From the NCBI GenBank assembly GCA_965262715.1, contig OZ253553.1:1952001-2016000 (forward strand): a stretch of DNA of 64,000 nt. Direction: 5' to 3'. Both the position numbers and the translations under genes were made by a program. The stretch comes from Bdellovibrionales bacterium. Its GTDB lineage: Bacteria > Bdellovibrionota > Bdellovibrionia > Bdellovibrionales > JAUICD01. This document shows, piece after piece, positions 1-9,637 of this stretch (the first letter of the stretch is position 1; the number at the start of each line of letters is the position of its first letter). A model generated the notes under the pieces. That model ran no database searches and had not been told where the DNA came from. It saw only the letters and a program-made list of their open reading frames with translations.

Positions 1-4
1 CACC

Positions 5-667
5 GTGAGTTTTCCGAAAAAAGATTCATTTTCACATCTATTACCAAAAAAGATGGACACTGCTTCACTACCCACCTCAAATGATCTAACAGAATGGAGT
101 CAATTGGAAGTTTTGGGACAATGTAACTTGACCTACATTGTAACTCAATCAAGGAAAGGTCTCATCTTAATAGATCAACACGCTGCGCATGAACGAGTGG
201 CTTTTGAAAAGTTGATGGATTCTTGGAATAAAAAACATTTTAAAGTTCAAAAAAGTTTAATCCCACAAACACTAAAACTAGAGCCCCACCTCTGTGATCA
301 CCTTCTCAAACACAACTTTAATGAAATAGGTATTGAAATTGAACGTATGGGGCCTGATGCGCTTATCATCTCTTCTAAGCCTGATATACTCTCTGATAAA
401 GGCTTAAGTCAGGCTCTTATATCTGCAGCAAAACAAATAGAAGAATTAGGTGATAGTTTCTCTCTTCACAAAATAATCGGCGATCTATTTGCAACAATGG
501 CCTGCCATTCTGTAATACGAGCAGGACAGGCATTAAGTCCCGAGGAGATGAAAAATCTCTTAGTGGAAATGGACAAGTTTAAACTCTCTAGCTTTTGTCC
601 ACATGGCCGTCCTGTCTTTACAGAATTTCCTTTCTCGAAATTAGATAAAGAGTTTGGTCGGGTTTAG
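5..667 (+). CDS. mutL: DNA mismatch repair protein MutL, C-terminal endonuclease domain (5' part outside window)
   Basis: DQHAAHER, ACH and CPHGRP motifs of the MutL C-terminal domain. Confidence 0.95.
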   Translation: MSFPKKDSFSHLLPKKMDTASLPTSNDLTEWSQLEVLGQCNLTYIVTQSRKGLILIDQHAAHERVAFEKLMDSWNKKHFKVQKSLIPQTLKLEPHLCDHLLKHNFNEIGIEIERMGPDALIISSKPDILSDKGLSQALISAAKQIEELGDSFSLHKIIGDLFATMACHSVIRAGQALSPEEMKNLLVEMDKFKLSSFCPHGRPVFTEFPFSKLDKEFGRV

Positions 668-712
668 TTCACTCAAAATAAACCTGCCTCTGGCTGTTTT
701 TGGGCAATTAGG
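668..712 (-). repeat. Partial (3' arm) copy of the structured repeat family
   Basis: Reverse complement reads ...CCCAAAAACAGCCAGAGGCAGGTTTATTTTGAGTGAA, matching the 3' arms at 23783-23814 and 40119-40155. Confidence 0.75.
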
Positions 713-801
713 AAACAGTCTCAGAACGTACAGAACTGTTCAATCTTAATATATGATTATCTAAAATAAAACTGGATTGTTGTTAGAACAGAGGTACACA
801 A

Positions 802-2103
802 TTAAATTTGTGTATCACCCATGTTCATGCGCATTTTACGTCTCTTTGATTTTCTACGAACAGCAATCATGAGCATCAACATAACGACCACAACACCTAC
901 TATTAAAAATAAGAGAGAATTCTCATCTTCTAAAAGACCTCCAGCACCATCTTGCTCTTGATTACCTATGGCTAGAGGGGGTGATGGCGGCTCGAATGAA
1001 GGAGGAGGTGGTGGCGGAGGTGGAGGCGGAGGTGGAACATTATTGTCTGCAAAATCCCCTGCTCCAGCATCTTGAGGAGGAGGTATGCCATCTGCACCTG
1101 GGATTTCATTTCCAGTACCAGCAATATCTGGAGCTTCTTCTTGAGAAGGAGGTGGAACTTCAAAATTATCTTCTTGTATAACCTCTTGCTCTTGTACAAC
1201 TTCATTTGAAGCAACAGGAATAGGTACAGAACCACTATCCCAATATCTTAAAACAACTCCCTCATCTAAAGCCCATTTGGATTCAACTTCAAAATTCGTA
1301 GCCCATAACTCTTTCCATGATTCACGTTCTCCAAAAAGCTGTTCTGCAATATCTCTAATATTTTCATTTCTTCCAGCAGTGTATTGCTGAGGTCCTGCTC
1401 CTATATCTTCATAATAAAAAAGTAAGTTTTGTGAGTCAGTAGGCCTACTTGGTGAGTTATAATACACCTTATCTCCAACATCTACCCCTCTTTGCAAATT
1501 AGGATTAATAGAAAGTAGATCCGCAGCCCTATCTGCTCCATAAATTCTTTGACTTATAGAATCTAAATTATCACCACCTCTTGCTATATACACAGCATTT
1601 ACCAACATGCCTGCTTTATTATATGGGTAAGATTTGATCTTCTTTACAGGAATCATTCCTCGACCTTGTGAAACAGAGCTATCAAAACCGTCAAAAGAAG
1701 AGTCTGATTCTGATGTAAACTGACTTTGATCCTGATCATCTACTGGAAAGGCAGGTAGCACAGAATCTCCTACAGATTCTCCATCATCTACTGGAAGTTC
1801 AGGCAATCCATCTGCTCCATCTGATAATAATGGATCATCTTCTAGATCCAATGGAGCATCTTCAGGTAACCCTTCCTCTGCAAATTCACCGCCCTCAAAC
1901 TCTCCATTTTGTCCCTCTTCATCATCTCCAAACCCTAGTTCATCACCTTCTGCCTCTCCATATTCATCTTCATCATTCAAAGCACTGTCTGCGGGACCTT
2001 CTGAGGGTTCATTCGTTACATTGCTAGAACTACAACCTCCCAGCGATAAACCAATAATTAAAAAACTACAAATTGTTAGATGAAGCCGAAAGATTGTTAT
2101 CAT
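802..2103 (-). CDS. Lipoprotein with LysM-like domains, acidic/Pro-rich linkers and C-terminal TM helix
   Basis: LGGC lipobox, YIARGGDNLDSISQRIYG LysM-like motif, poly-Pro tract, hydrophobic tail followed by basic residues. Confidence 0.7.
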   Translation of the reverse strand: MITIFRLHLTICSFLIIGLSLGGCSSSNVTNEPSEGPADSALNDEDEYGEAEGDELGFGDDEEGQNGEFEGGEFAEEGLPEDAPLDLEDDPLLSDGADGLPELPVDDGESVGDSVLPAFPVDDQDQSQFTSESDSSFDGFDSSVSQGRGMIPVKKIKSYPYNKAGMLVNAVYIARGGDNLDSISQRIYGADRAADLLSINPNLQRGVDVGDKVYYNSPSRPTDSQNLLFYYEDIGAGPQQYTAGRNENIRDIAEQLFGERESWKELWATNFEVESKWALDEGVVLRYWDSGSVPIPVASNEVVQEQEVIQEDNFEVPPPSQEEAPDIAGTGNEIPGADGIPPPQDAGAGDFADNNVPPPPPPPPPPPPSFEPPSPPLAIGNQEQDGAGGLLEDENSLLFLIVGVVVVMLMLMIAVRRKSKRRKMRMNMGDTQI

Positions 2104-2293
2104 TTATAAAGTCCTTTATGCCCATTTATATTTGTACATTAATTTACATATATATTAGCCCAATCACTTATAAAATAACATAACAATAAAAAAATAAGCA
2201 AATAATCTATACTTAAATACATATAAGAGCATATAGATTTTCAAAAGATCTTTTTCAATTTAGATAAAAGTATGGATTATAAAACAAAGACAT

Positions 2294-3898
2294 TTATAGT
2301 TTTTTATTGATGAGACATTTTAATTTATCAAAAAAGTCTATAGACTCTTGTGATCCCATATAAAAAGATGTGACCATATACAAGCCTAATCCTAAAGGAC
2401 ATAAAAAACATAAAAGAAAAAAGCGATCCCATGCGTTTACAGGTATAAATTGATCTAGAACAATCTGTATACCAAAGGCCATAACAAAAGACGCAACAAT
2501 AATATAAAATACAGATGGAATCATTCTAGCATAATCTAATGGACCAATAAAAAATCGGTAAAAAAATAAAAGCAAGCACAGATTAAAACAACCACTTACT
2601 ATAGAGGAAAATGCAAGCCCTTCAATGCCATAGTCTTCCAAAAGATGACTTGCCAGTAAGATATGAAATATTAGGCAAGTACCCGACACGAGAGCAGGAA
2701 TCCATGTATTTTGAATAGCATAAAACGCAGGCTGCAAGATGCGAATTCCTCCATAAGCAAAGATGCCTATTCCATAAATACGCAAAACAGCAGCAGTATA
2801 TTCTACATCTTCAATTCCAAAATATCCCCTTTGAAAAATAACTTGAACTAATAGCTCTGATAAAAGAAAAAGAGCAACTCCTGCGGGGATACCTAAAAAA
2901 AGCATATATCTTAAACTTTGATTTATCAAAATTGATATCTTATCTAAATGACCTTGAGCAAAGTTTTGAGATAAAGTTGGAAGAAGAGCTGTCCCCATAC
3001 TAACAGCTATCAACGAGAGAGGAAATTCCAAAAGCCGGTCAGCCCAAAAAATCCAAGAATTTGCGCCCTCTTGTAAATAACTAGCAAAATGCGTATTCAC
3101 CAGGATAGTTAACTGTAAAACTCCAGCACCTATTAAACTTGGAAGTAATCTAGATAAGACACGCATGGCTGGTTTAAAACGCAAATCTTTTATAAAGCCC
3201 CATCGAAAATGCGGAAGATAGCCTAAGTTCCAAACACCAGGAATCACAACACATAACTGCAAAATACCTCCTACTACGACAGCCCATGCCAAAATCTCTC
3301 CTGGAATGTCAAATAAATCTGATGGTAACAAGGCAGCTATCACAATAGTTAGATTAAATAAAACAGGCGCAAAAGCAGGAGCTGCAAACTTTTTATGACT
3401 ATTTTGAATAGACATAAAAAAGGCATACATACACACTAAAATCAAAAACACCATCATGATACGAGTAAAATAGATAGTGAACCTTACTTTATTTTCTATT
3501 TGTGCAAACCCATCTCCTGCAGTTAATAAATGCACGATTTGAGGTGTAAAAATCAGCCCTAACATAAAAAGAACCAATAATGAAACCAAAATAACACTAA
3601 ACATAATATCAACTAATTTTTTTGCAGCATCATGAGGAGACTTATTCTCCAAAAGCTCTACAAAAACAGGAATAAATGCCACAGAAAGTGAACCTTCACC
3701 AAAAAGACGACGACAAAGATTAGGGATACGCAAAGACACAATCCAAATATCCGTGATGAAACGCGGGAAATAAGCTGAAAGTATCATTTCTCTAACTAAA
3801 GCTACTGAACGACTACTAAATGTCCCCATAGCCATTATGAAAGCAGAATGAAACACAGAAGGTATTTTTCTTTCTAATGTTTTATTGACTTGAGACAC
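2294..3898 (-). CDS. murJ: Lipid II flippase MurJ (MviN)
   Basis: RIPNLCRRLFGEGSLSVAFIP and ADRLLEFP motifs; multi-TM, 534 aa. Confidence 0.95.
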   Translation of the reverse strand: MSQVNKTLERKIPSVFHSAFIMAMGTFSSRSVALVREMILSAYFPRFITDIWIVSLRIPNLCRRLFGEGSLSVAFIPVFVELLENKSPHDAAKKLVDIMFSVILVSLLVLFMLGLIFTPQIVHLLTAGDGFAQIENKVRFTIYFTRIMMVFLILVCMYAFFMSIQNSHKKFAAPAFAPVLFNLTIVIAALLPSDLFDIPGEILAWAVVVGGILQLCVVIPGVWNLGYLPHFRWGFIKDLRFKPAMRVLSRLLPSLIGAGVLQLTILVNTHFASYLQEGANSWIFWADRLLEFPLSLIAVSMGTALLPTLSQNFAQGHLDKISILINQSLRYMLFLGIPAGVALFLLSELLVQVIFQRGYFGIEDVEYTAAVLRIYGIGIFAYGGIRILQPAFYAIQNTWIPALVSGTCLIFHILLASHLLEDYGIEGLAFSSIVSGCFNLCLLLFFYRFFIGPLDYARMIPSVFYIIVASFVMAFGIQIVLDQFIPVNAWDRFFLLCFLCPLGLGLYMVTSFYMGSQESIDFFDKLKCLINKKL

Positions 3899-4040
3899 AA
3901 AAATACCTCACTATTTTCTTGACCCTATAAATAAAAAATGTTATCAGTGTCTTTAAAGCATCACAAATACTTTATATAAAGCAGATTCCTTAATACCTCA
4001 CTATGTCACAAGACATTTGCACTTATAAGAAAGGATGATA

Positions 4041-4355
4041 ATGGCTAATATCAAATCAGCTATAAAAAGAGCACGTCAAAACACCATCAGAAGGTCTAGA
4101 AATAAAAGCAATATAAAGTCGGTTAGAACTGCAGAAAAAAAGCTTCTAAAAGCTTTATCTCATGACCATGACAGCACTTCAAAGACAAATCCTCAAAAAA
4201 GAGCAAATAAACAAGATTCAACTATACCTCCAAAGGAATTAATGAAAATCTATACTAGCAAAATAGACAAAGCTGCACAAAAAGGCATTATCAAAAGTAA
4301 AACTGCTTCTCGCAAGATTAGCCGTCTTTCAAAGCGTGTGCAAACCCACCTCTAA
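4041..4355 (+). CDS. rpsT: 30S ribosomal protein S20 (with internal insertion)
   Basis: MANIKSAIKRARQ start; IDKAAQKGII..ASRKISRL; divergent from murJ. Confidence 0.95.
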   Translation: MANIKSAIKRARQNTIRRSRNKSNIKSVRTAEKKLLKALSHDHDSTSKTNPQKRANKQDSTIPPKELMKIYTSKIDKAAQKGIIKSKTASRKISRLSKRVQTHL

Positions 4356-4385
4356 TTCATACATTTAAAATAACAGATATAATTT

Positions 4386-4432
4386 GCTGCCGGATTGCCT
4401 GTTTGTCAGGTTTCTGAACTCCCGGATTCCGA
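4386..4432 (-). repeat. Degenerate 8-mer tandem array
   Basis: Minus strand GAATCCGG GAGTTCAG AAACCTGA CAAACAGG CAATCCGG CAGCA; same family as 33499-33546. Confidence 0.6.
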
Positions 4433-4545
4433 AAGATGGCCATTAGCAATGGTGTAACTTAGATAAACTGAACAACCCTCGACTCGAAGTCGAGGGGTTC
4501 AAGTAGAAGGGTCAATTAGAAATTGACTAAAGGTTATTAATTTGA

Positions 4546-4693
4546 GCCTACGGCAGGTTTCTGATCTGGCTCAGGCTAGCGGCTTAGGAGAAAACTTTTC
4601 AAAAGAAATTTATATTCCATAATCAAGTTATAAAGCCAAGATAATACAAGGCACGGGGGTTGCCTGTTGCCAGTGAAGATACCTGCTGTAGGC
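4546..4693 (+). ncRNA. Candidate structured RNA/repeat, copy 1 (homolog at 55669-55825)
   Basis: Terminal stem 4546-4558/4681-4693; 23-nt identity (4643-4665) with revcomp 55701-55723; strand inferred. Confidence 0.45.
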
Positions 4694-4883
4694 CCTCTAC
4701 CCCAAACTATTAGCAACAAATGCTATATCTGACATTTACGAACTAGTGAATCCATCTAATAATATAGTTTACACAACTTAAAAATTGAACGTCGCCTAAA
4801 AGCGAGGGATTGGGGGCCATCCCCGAAAGGGACATTAATAAACAATAACAGGCTTTTTATTTACAAAGATTGCATAAAATGAG

Positions 4884-6536
4884 TTATTGAGATGTTCTTT
4901 GTCTCTCGCGTATTTGCCTTATGCGCTTACTAATGTTTTCCGTCCATCTTTGTTTGCGTTCTGCATTCAGGTTTGAAGGAGGTGACCTCATCATCTCAAG
5001 AAATTGGATCGCTTGTTCTACTTGCTGTGGAGTTAAGCTATTGACTTGATTTGTAAATGCTCTCTCCTCTGCTGGAGTTAAGTTGAGACTTGTCGACAGC
5101 TCAATAAAAGGGCGCTGAACCTCCTCATTATTTCCATTATTTCCTGACCCACCACCAATATCTTGATTCTGACCTAAATCATTATCCTGTTGTTGCTCAG
5201 TATCTTGTTGTTGATCTTCTGATTGTGAACCGTTCCTTCTTTCTATTTGTCTTATACGCCTATTAATATTTTCTGTCCATTTTTGTTTGTTTTCTGCGCT
5301 CAAATTTGGAGGAGGTTGCTTCATCCTTTCAAGAAATTGTATGAACTGCTGTGCTTCCTGTGGAGTTAAGTTCTTTATTTGATTAGGCAACATCCTTTCT
5401 TCTGCTTCAGTTAAGTTTAAGCTGACTAATAATGCAGCAAAAGGCCTCTTAGTTGTTCCATCATCTATTAAGCCATCTTGACCATCATCATTTTGATTTT
5501 GATCTAAATCACTATCATTGTTTTGTTGATCCTGCTCATCGTTTTGCTGTCCATCATCGTTTTGATTCTCCCCTTGTCTTTCTCTTCCAAGAAGATCCAG
5601 AGCCTCACACCGTCTTTTTGAAACATGACAATCCCTATGATATCTAGAGTTTTGATAGGCTAACTCAGAGCATTGTCTGAACATCTTTAAATCTTCTCGG
5701 CTATCGCAATGCCCATATAAGATAGCATCAAAATGTATAGGATCTAACAATGAGGCATTGATCCCATTACTTATGCTTTGGAACCTTTCCTGATGAAATG
5801 ACATAATGCTATTTCTTTGTGCTACCCGACAATCAAACCTGTATCTGAGAGCACTTGGATTAGACTCTCTAATATGTCCACTCAAAGGATTAGCAAAATG
5901 TCCCGCATGCATTTCTGGATATTCATCTTTTAATCCTAAAAGGTGTAAAATTTCATGAGTTATTACTTGGCAATCGATATCTGCCTCGTAACTTCCAGAA
6001 TGACTACGGCCGCGGCTAGATTGAATAGTGATGCGATGTAAAGCAAGACCATCAGGAGGTTTAGAATTAGATCTTCGTATCTTATTGTAATCTAGTATCT
6101 CAATTGTTAATTTCTCTCCAGAAGGCCCTAACATATAGGGATTGACTTCTTTCATACAACTCTTCACCCTTCGCATATAGTGATCATGGACTCTATGGTG
6201 AGGCACAATAGGACTAAAATCATAATCGTCTGCAGCAGCAAAGAGCAAGACCAAAGATGCAGTGTAACTTCCATCAGGGTTTTTCTTTATACCATACCCT
6301 CCTGGCGTTTTAAGTCGTTCATCATCAAATACCCTTTGTTCTCCAATATTATACTCATTACAAGAAGATTGCTGTTCATGTCTTCTTATACTGACAAAAT
6401 CCCGTATTATACCTGAAGGTGCAGAGCGTCTCCCAAACCTGGGACACGGATCAGTAGAAACAGTGGAGGATGTGATAGTAGAAAATACATAAGAGACTTG
6501 GAAAAAAATAATAAGAAATAATATGATACTCTTCAT
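4884..6536 (-). CDS. Secreted zinc metalloprotease-like protein with two C-terminal helical repeats
   Basis: Signal-like MKSIILFLIIFF; HEILHLLGLKDEY zincin motif; SIMS Met-turn; duplicated RPF...WTENI..RIRQI unit. Confidence 0.65.
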   Translation of the reverse strand: MKSIILFLIIFFQVSYVFSTITSSTVSTDPCPRFGRRSAPSGIIRDFVSIRRHEQQSSCNEYNIGEQRVFDDERLKTPGGYGIKKNPDGSYTASLVLLFAAADDYDFSPIVPHHRVHDHYMRRVKSCMKEVNPYMLGPSGEKLTIEILDYNKIRRSNSKPPDGLALHRITIQSSRGRSHSGSYEADIDCQVITHEILHLLGLKDEYPEMHAGHFANPLSGHIRESNPSALRYRFDCRVAQRNSIMSFHQERFQSISNGINASLLDPIHFDAILYGHCDSREDLKMFRQCSELAYQNSRYHRDCHVSKRRCEALDLLGRERQGENQNDDGQQNDEQDQQNNDSDLDQNQNDDGQDGLIDDGTTKRPFAALLVSLNLTEAEERMLPNQIKNLTPQEAQQFIQFLERMKQPPPNLSAENKQKWTENINRRIRQIERRNGSQSEDQQQDTEQQQDNDLGQNQDIGGGSGNNGNNEEVQRPFIELSTSLNLTPAEERAFTNQVNSLTPQQVEQAIQFLEMMRSPPSNLNAERKQRWTENISKRIRQIRERQRTSQ

Positions 6537-6555
6537 TCCATCAACCTTTATCAAC

Positions 6556-7215
6556 TTAAAGCTCAAAAATACCAAATTGAGGATCTACACATTCTATACG
6601 GTTTTTATTTAAATCAATGCATTTCAAGTTTTTTCTAGAAAAGGTACGAGAAGATGATTTATTACGACCTTTCTTTTTGATAATCCTTACAATAGATTTT
6701 CCACTTCTTTTATATCTTGCGCATGAAACACAGGTCCATTTTTTATCTCTAGCTTTAGATAAAATATTTTTTAAAAGTCCAAAATGAGCATCTCCTTCTC
6801 TAAAAGTAAGAAGCCTGCCGTCTTCACCTACACGTATGACAGGAGCATGAGGGCTTATTTGATCTACCTGATCATTTTTAGTTGTGTTTTTGTTTTTAGA
6901 GTTCCTTTTTTTCTTTACAGAAGATGTAATTTGTTTTTTTAAAACTTTAAAGTCATTGTTAAGTTTTCTTGTAAAGTGACCTAAGTGAGCTTCTGAGGAT
7001 TTTTGTTGATAAGACCTCTGAAAGGAATTTGTTACAAAATCTACGGTTTTTTCTCGAAAGATCAAAGAGGTTTGATCTACATTTCTGGGATGAGATATCT
7101 CCATTTGCAGAACTAAAGGTTTTGAACTTGACGCTTTGTCGGCAAAAATTTTATTTGAACACCAAACAAGGCCAATAAACCCTACTAAAATCAAAGTAAG
7201 TATCTTTAAATACAT
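6556..7215 (-). CDS. Hypothetical exported basic protein
   Basis: 219-aa ORF with N-terminal hydrophobic segment, co-oriented with downstream protease gene. Confidence 0.6.
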   Translation of the reverse strand: MYLKILTLILVGFIGLVWCSNKIFADKASSSKPLVLQMEISHPRNVDQTSLIFREKTVDFVTNSFQRSYQQKSSEAHLGHFTRKLNNDFKVLKKQITSSVKKKRNSKNKNTTKNDQVDQISPHAPVIRVGEDGRLLTFREGDAHFGLLKNILSKARDKKWTCVSCARYKRSGKSIVRIIKKKGRNKSSSRTFSRKNLKCIDLNKNRIECVDPQFGIFEL

Positions 7216-7573
7216 AAAATTTCTCTTTTAGACCATCTAGAACTATAAGAAGTTCAAACAATAGAGATGCATAACTTTGTATCGACAAAAAATGAAAATT
7301 TATATAGTCAAGTTTTGTGTAGTTTTGAAGTAAGTTTCGGCTCAATAAACCGCAATACATATAAAAATGAGTTGTAATACAATATCATTCAAAAGTATTA
7401 TATTATGAAAAAGGATGTTAAATTTTAATGACTTAAGATATTAAATGACCCAAAAAAAAACAAATTCATGGAGGAAGCAGTTTTTATTTTTGACAGTTAC
7501 AGTTTATATACCTAAAATGAATACTTCTTTGTAGTATGAAATAAATTTAGTCTTCTATTATTTATTCAAAGGT

Positions 7574-9214
7574 TTGTCTGAAATGAAATTTGAACAGCTC
7601 AATTTATCAAAAGAGGTTTTAGATGGTATTCGCAAATGTGATTTCAAGGAATGCACACCAGTACAAGAAGCCGTAATCCCTTTAATTCTAGAAGGAAAAG
7701 ACATTGATGGGTTATCTCAGACAGGTACAGGTAAAACAGCAGCTTTTTTAATTCCTCTCATAGAACGCGTATTGCAATCTATCAAAGCATCTTCTAATGA
7801 TCTTGACATTGCCGTAAAAGAGGCTGAGGGCGAGACGACAAATAATGAAGACTCTAATCATATTACTATTAAAGAGAATAAATGGGCTTATCCTAATTGG
7901 AAGAAAGGCCACTTTATTTTAATTCTAGATCCTACACGAGAGCTGGCACAACAAGTTCATGATGATCTCATAAGACTTAAAGGAGACACAAATATAAAAC
8001 CTGTATTGATCCATGGAGGGTCTAAATATGAATCTCAAAAAGAAGAATTAGCAGCTGATTTTAATTTTACTATCAGTACCCCAGGCAGACTGATTGATCT
8101 TTATAAACAGCATGTTATAGACCTCAAACAGTGTCGTGGAGTTGTTTTTGATGAGGCAGATAGAATGTTTGACATGGGTTTTAAAAGCGATATGCAATTT
8201 TTACTTTATCGTATACCTAAGCATCGCCAAGTTCTACTCTTTAGCGCAACTTTAAGCTTTGATGTCACTCAAATGATCTACCAATTTGGAGCCAACCCAG
8301 TAGAATTTAATTTTAGTCGTGATGACATCAAAGCTGAAAACATAGACGACCAACTTTTTCATATTGGCACACATGAAAAACCTCAGTATTTACTATCTAT
8401 ACTTAAAAAATTCAAGCCTCAGCAAGCTATTGTTTTTAGTAACTTTAAAAATCAAATTGGCCGTATTGTTCACTTCTTAAATGAAAATGGTTATCAAACA
8501 GTGGGCATGTCCAGTTTGCTTCCTCAAAGCCAAAGAAAGCAAGTCATAGAACACTTTAAAACAGCAAAAAAGCAAAGTGTGCTTGTAGCAACAGACCTTG
8601 CAGCCAGAGGCTTAGATATAAAAGAGTTAGACATGGTTATTAACTTTGAGCTTCCAGAGCAACCTGAAAACTATATTCATCGTATGGGACGAACTGGTCG
8701 TGCTGGTAGATCAGGTCACGCTGTGAGCTTGGCAGGAGAAAAAGACATAGAATCTCTTAGCAGAATCGAAACTTATTTAAAAAGTAAGGTAAAAGTAGGC
8801 TGGTTAGAGGATCAAGAGATCATACAAGAGTTTAAGAGTTTCCCTCAACAATTTGAAAGCTTTCCTATTTTCCCCGACCATCTTCTAAAAAATGGAGAAA
8901 GCTCTTCAAGAAAAAGAAAAAGCCAAAAAGTAGAGAATGATAAAAAAAATCAAAAAGTAGAGAGTGATAAAAAAAGTCAAAAAGAATCTCCGTCATCCAC
9001 ACAAAATAAATCATTAAAAAGGTCTATCTCTCAAAGGAGATATATTCATAGAGATCGCATTTTAGGTCGGCATGAGCGCGACAATGTTATAAAAAAGAAG
9101 GCTTCTCCCCAAAAAATAAAGCGTTCAAAAAAGTCTTATAAAGTTATACGTCGTTCATCTCAAAAGACACTCTCCCATAAGATCAAAACATTTTTTAAAA
9201 AATTGTTTACCTAA
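7574..9214 (+). CDS. DEAD-box RNA helicase
   Basis: SQTGTGKT, PTRELA, TPGRL, DEAD, SAT, ARGLD, HRMGRTGRAG motifs; basic C-tail. Confidence 0.95.
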   Translation: MSEMKFEQLNLSKEVLDGIRKCDFKECTPVQEAVIPLILEGKDIDGLSQTGTGKTAAFLIPLIERVLQSIKASSNDLDIAVKEAEGETTNNEDSNHITIKENKWAYPNWKKGHFILILDPTRELAQQVHDDLIRLKGDTNIKPVLIHGGSKYESQKEELAADFNFTISTPGRLIDLYKQHVIDLKQCRGVVFDEADRMFDMGFKSDMQFLLYRIPKHRQVLLFSATLSFDVTQMIYQFGANPVEFNFSRDDIKAENIDDQLFHIGTHEKPQYLLSILKKFKPQQAIVFSNFKNQIGRIVHFLNENGYQTVGMSSLLPQSQRKQVIEHFKTAKKQSVLVATDLAARGLDIKELDMVINFELPEQPENYIHRMGRTGRAGRSGHAVSLAGEKDIESLSRIETYLKSKVKVGWLEDQEIIQEFKSFPQQFESFPIFPDHLLKNGESSSRKRKSQKVENDKKNQKVESDKKSQKESPSSTQNKSLKRSISQRRYIHRDRILGRHERDNVIKKKASPQKIKRSKKSYKVIRRSSQKTLSHKIKTFFKKLFT

Positions 9215-9366
9215 CCTATTATATTTCAAATAAATAAAAGTTCACAACTTGTACTACATTGGCAAGTTAATGGTTTTGTTGCACAAATACTTATATGTTT
9301 TAGTAGTATCTTTTGACAGGCTTGTGAACTAGCTCTTATTCAATGCCTTATGATAAAAGCAAAAAT

Positions 9367-9637
9367 TTTTCCTTAACATTGGGTTAAAAAACGAGGAGAG
9401 TCTCCCTCCTAAAAATGAACAGATTTTTGAGGCAATCAGCATTTTACTGACGGTGCTAACCGTCAAACTAACTGATAAACAACAACGATTCCCTTAACAT
9501 TGGGTCAAAAAACGAGGGGAGTCTTCTTACTAAAAATGTCCCAAGCTTTCCAGGCAGTCAGCTTTTTACGACGACGAGAGTCGTCGAGCTTACTGCCAGA
9601 AAGTTGCTAGGAGCAAGGGGCATTTTTAGTGATACAG
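9367..9637 (+). repeat. Two tandem units of the structured repeat family
   Basis: CCTTAACAT leaders at 9371 and 9492; second unit near-identical to 24473-24617. Confidence 0.9.

Noticed and set aside
972..2027. Short ORFs overlapping the LysM gene, and similar shadow ORFs (e.g. 26657-26995, 27314-27649, 38034-38444)
   Set aside because: Alternative-frame or antisense overlaps of well-supported genes with no recognisable motifs
8917..8984. 27-bp tandem repeat in DEAD-box gene
   Set aside because: Ordinary in-frame low-complexity tail duplication (SQKVENDKK/NQKVESDKK)
9367..9637. Simple rho-independent terminators as the explanation for the repeats
   Set aside because: Multi-stem 120-150 bp modular units with conserved leaders and tandem arrays exceed terminator architecture, although they may also terminate transcription
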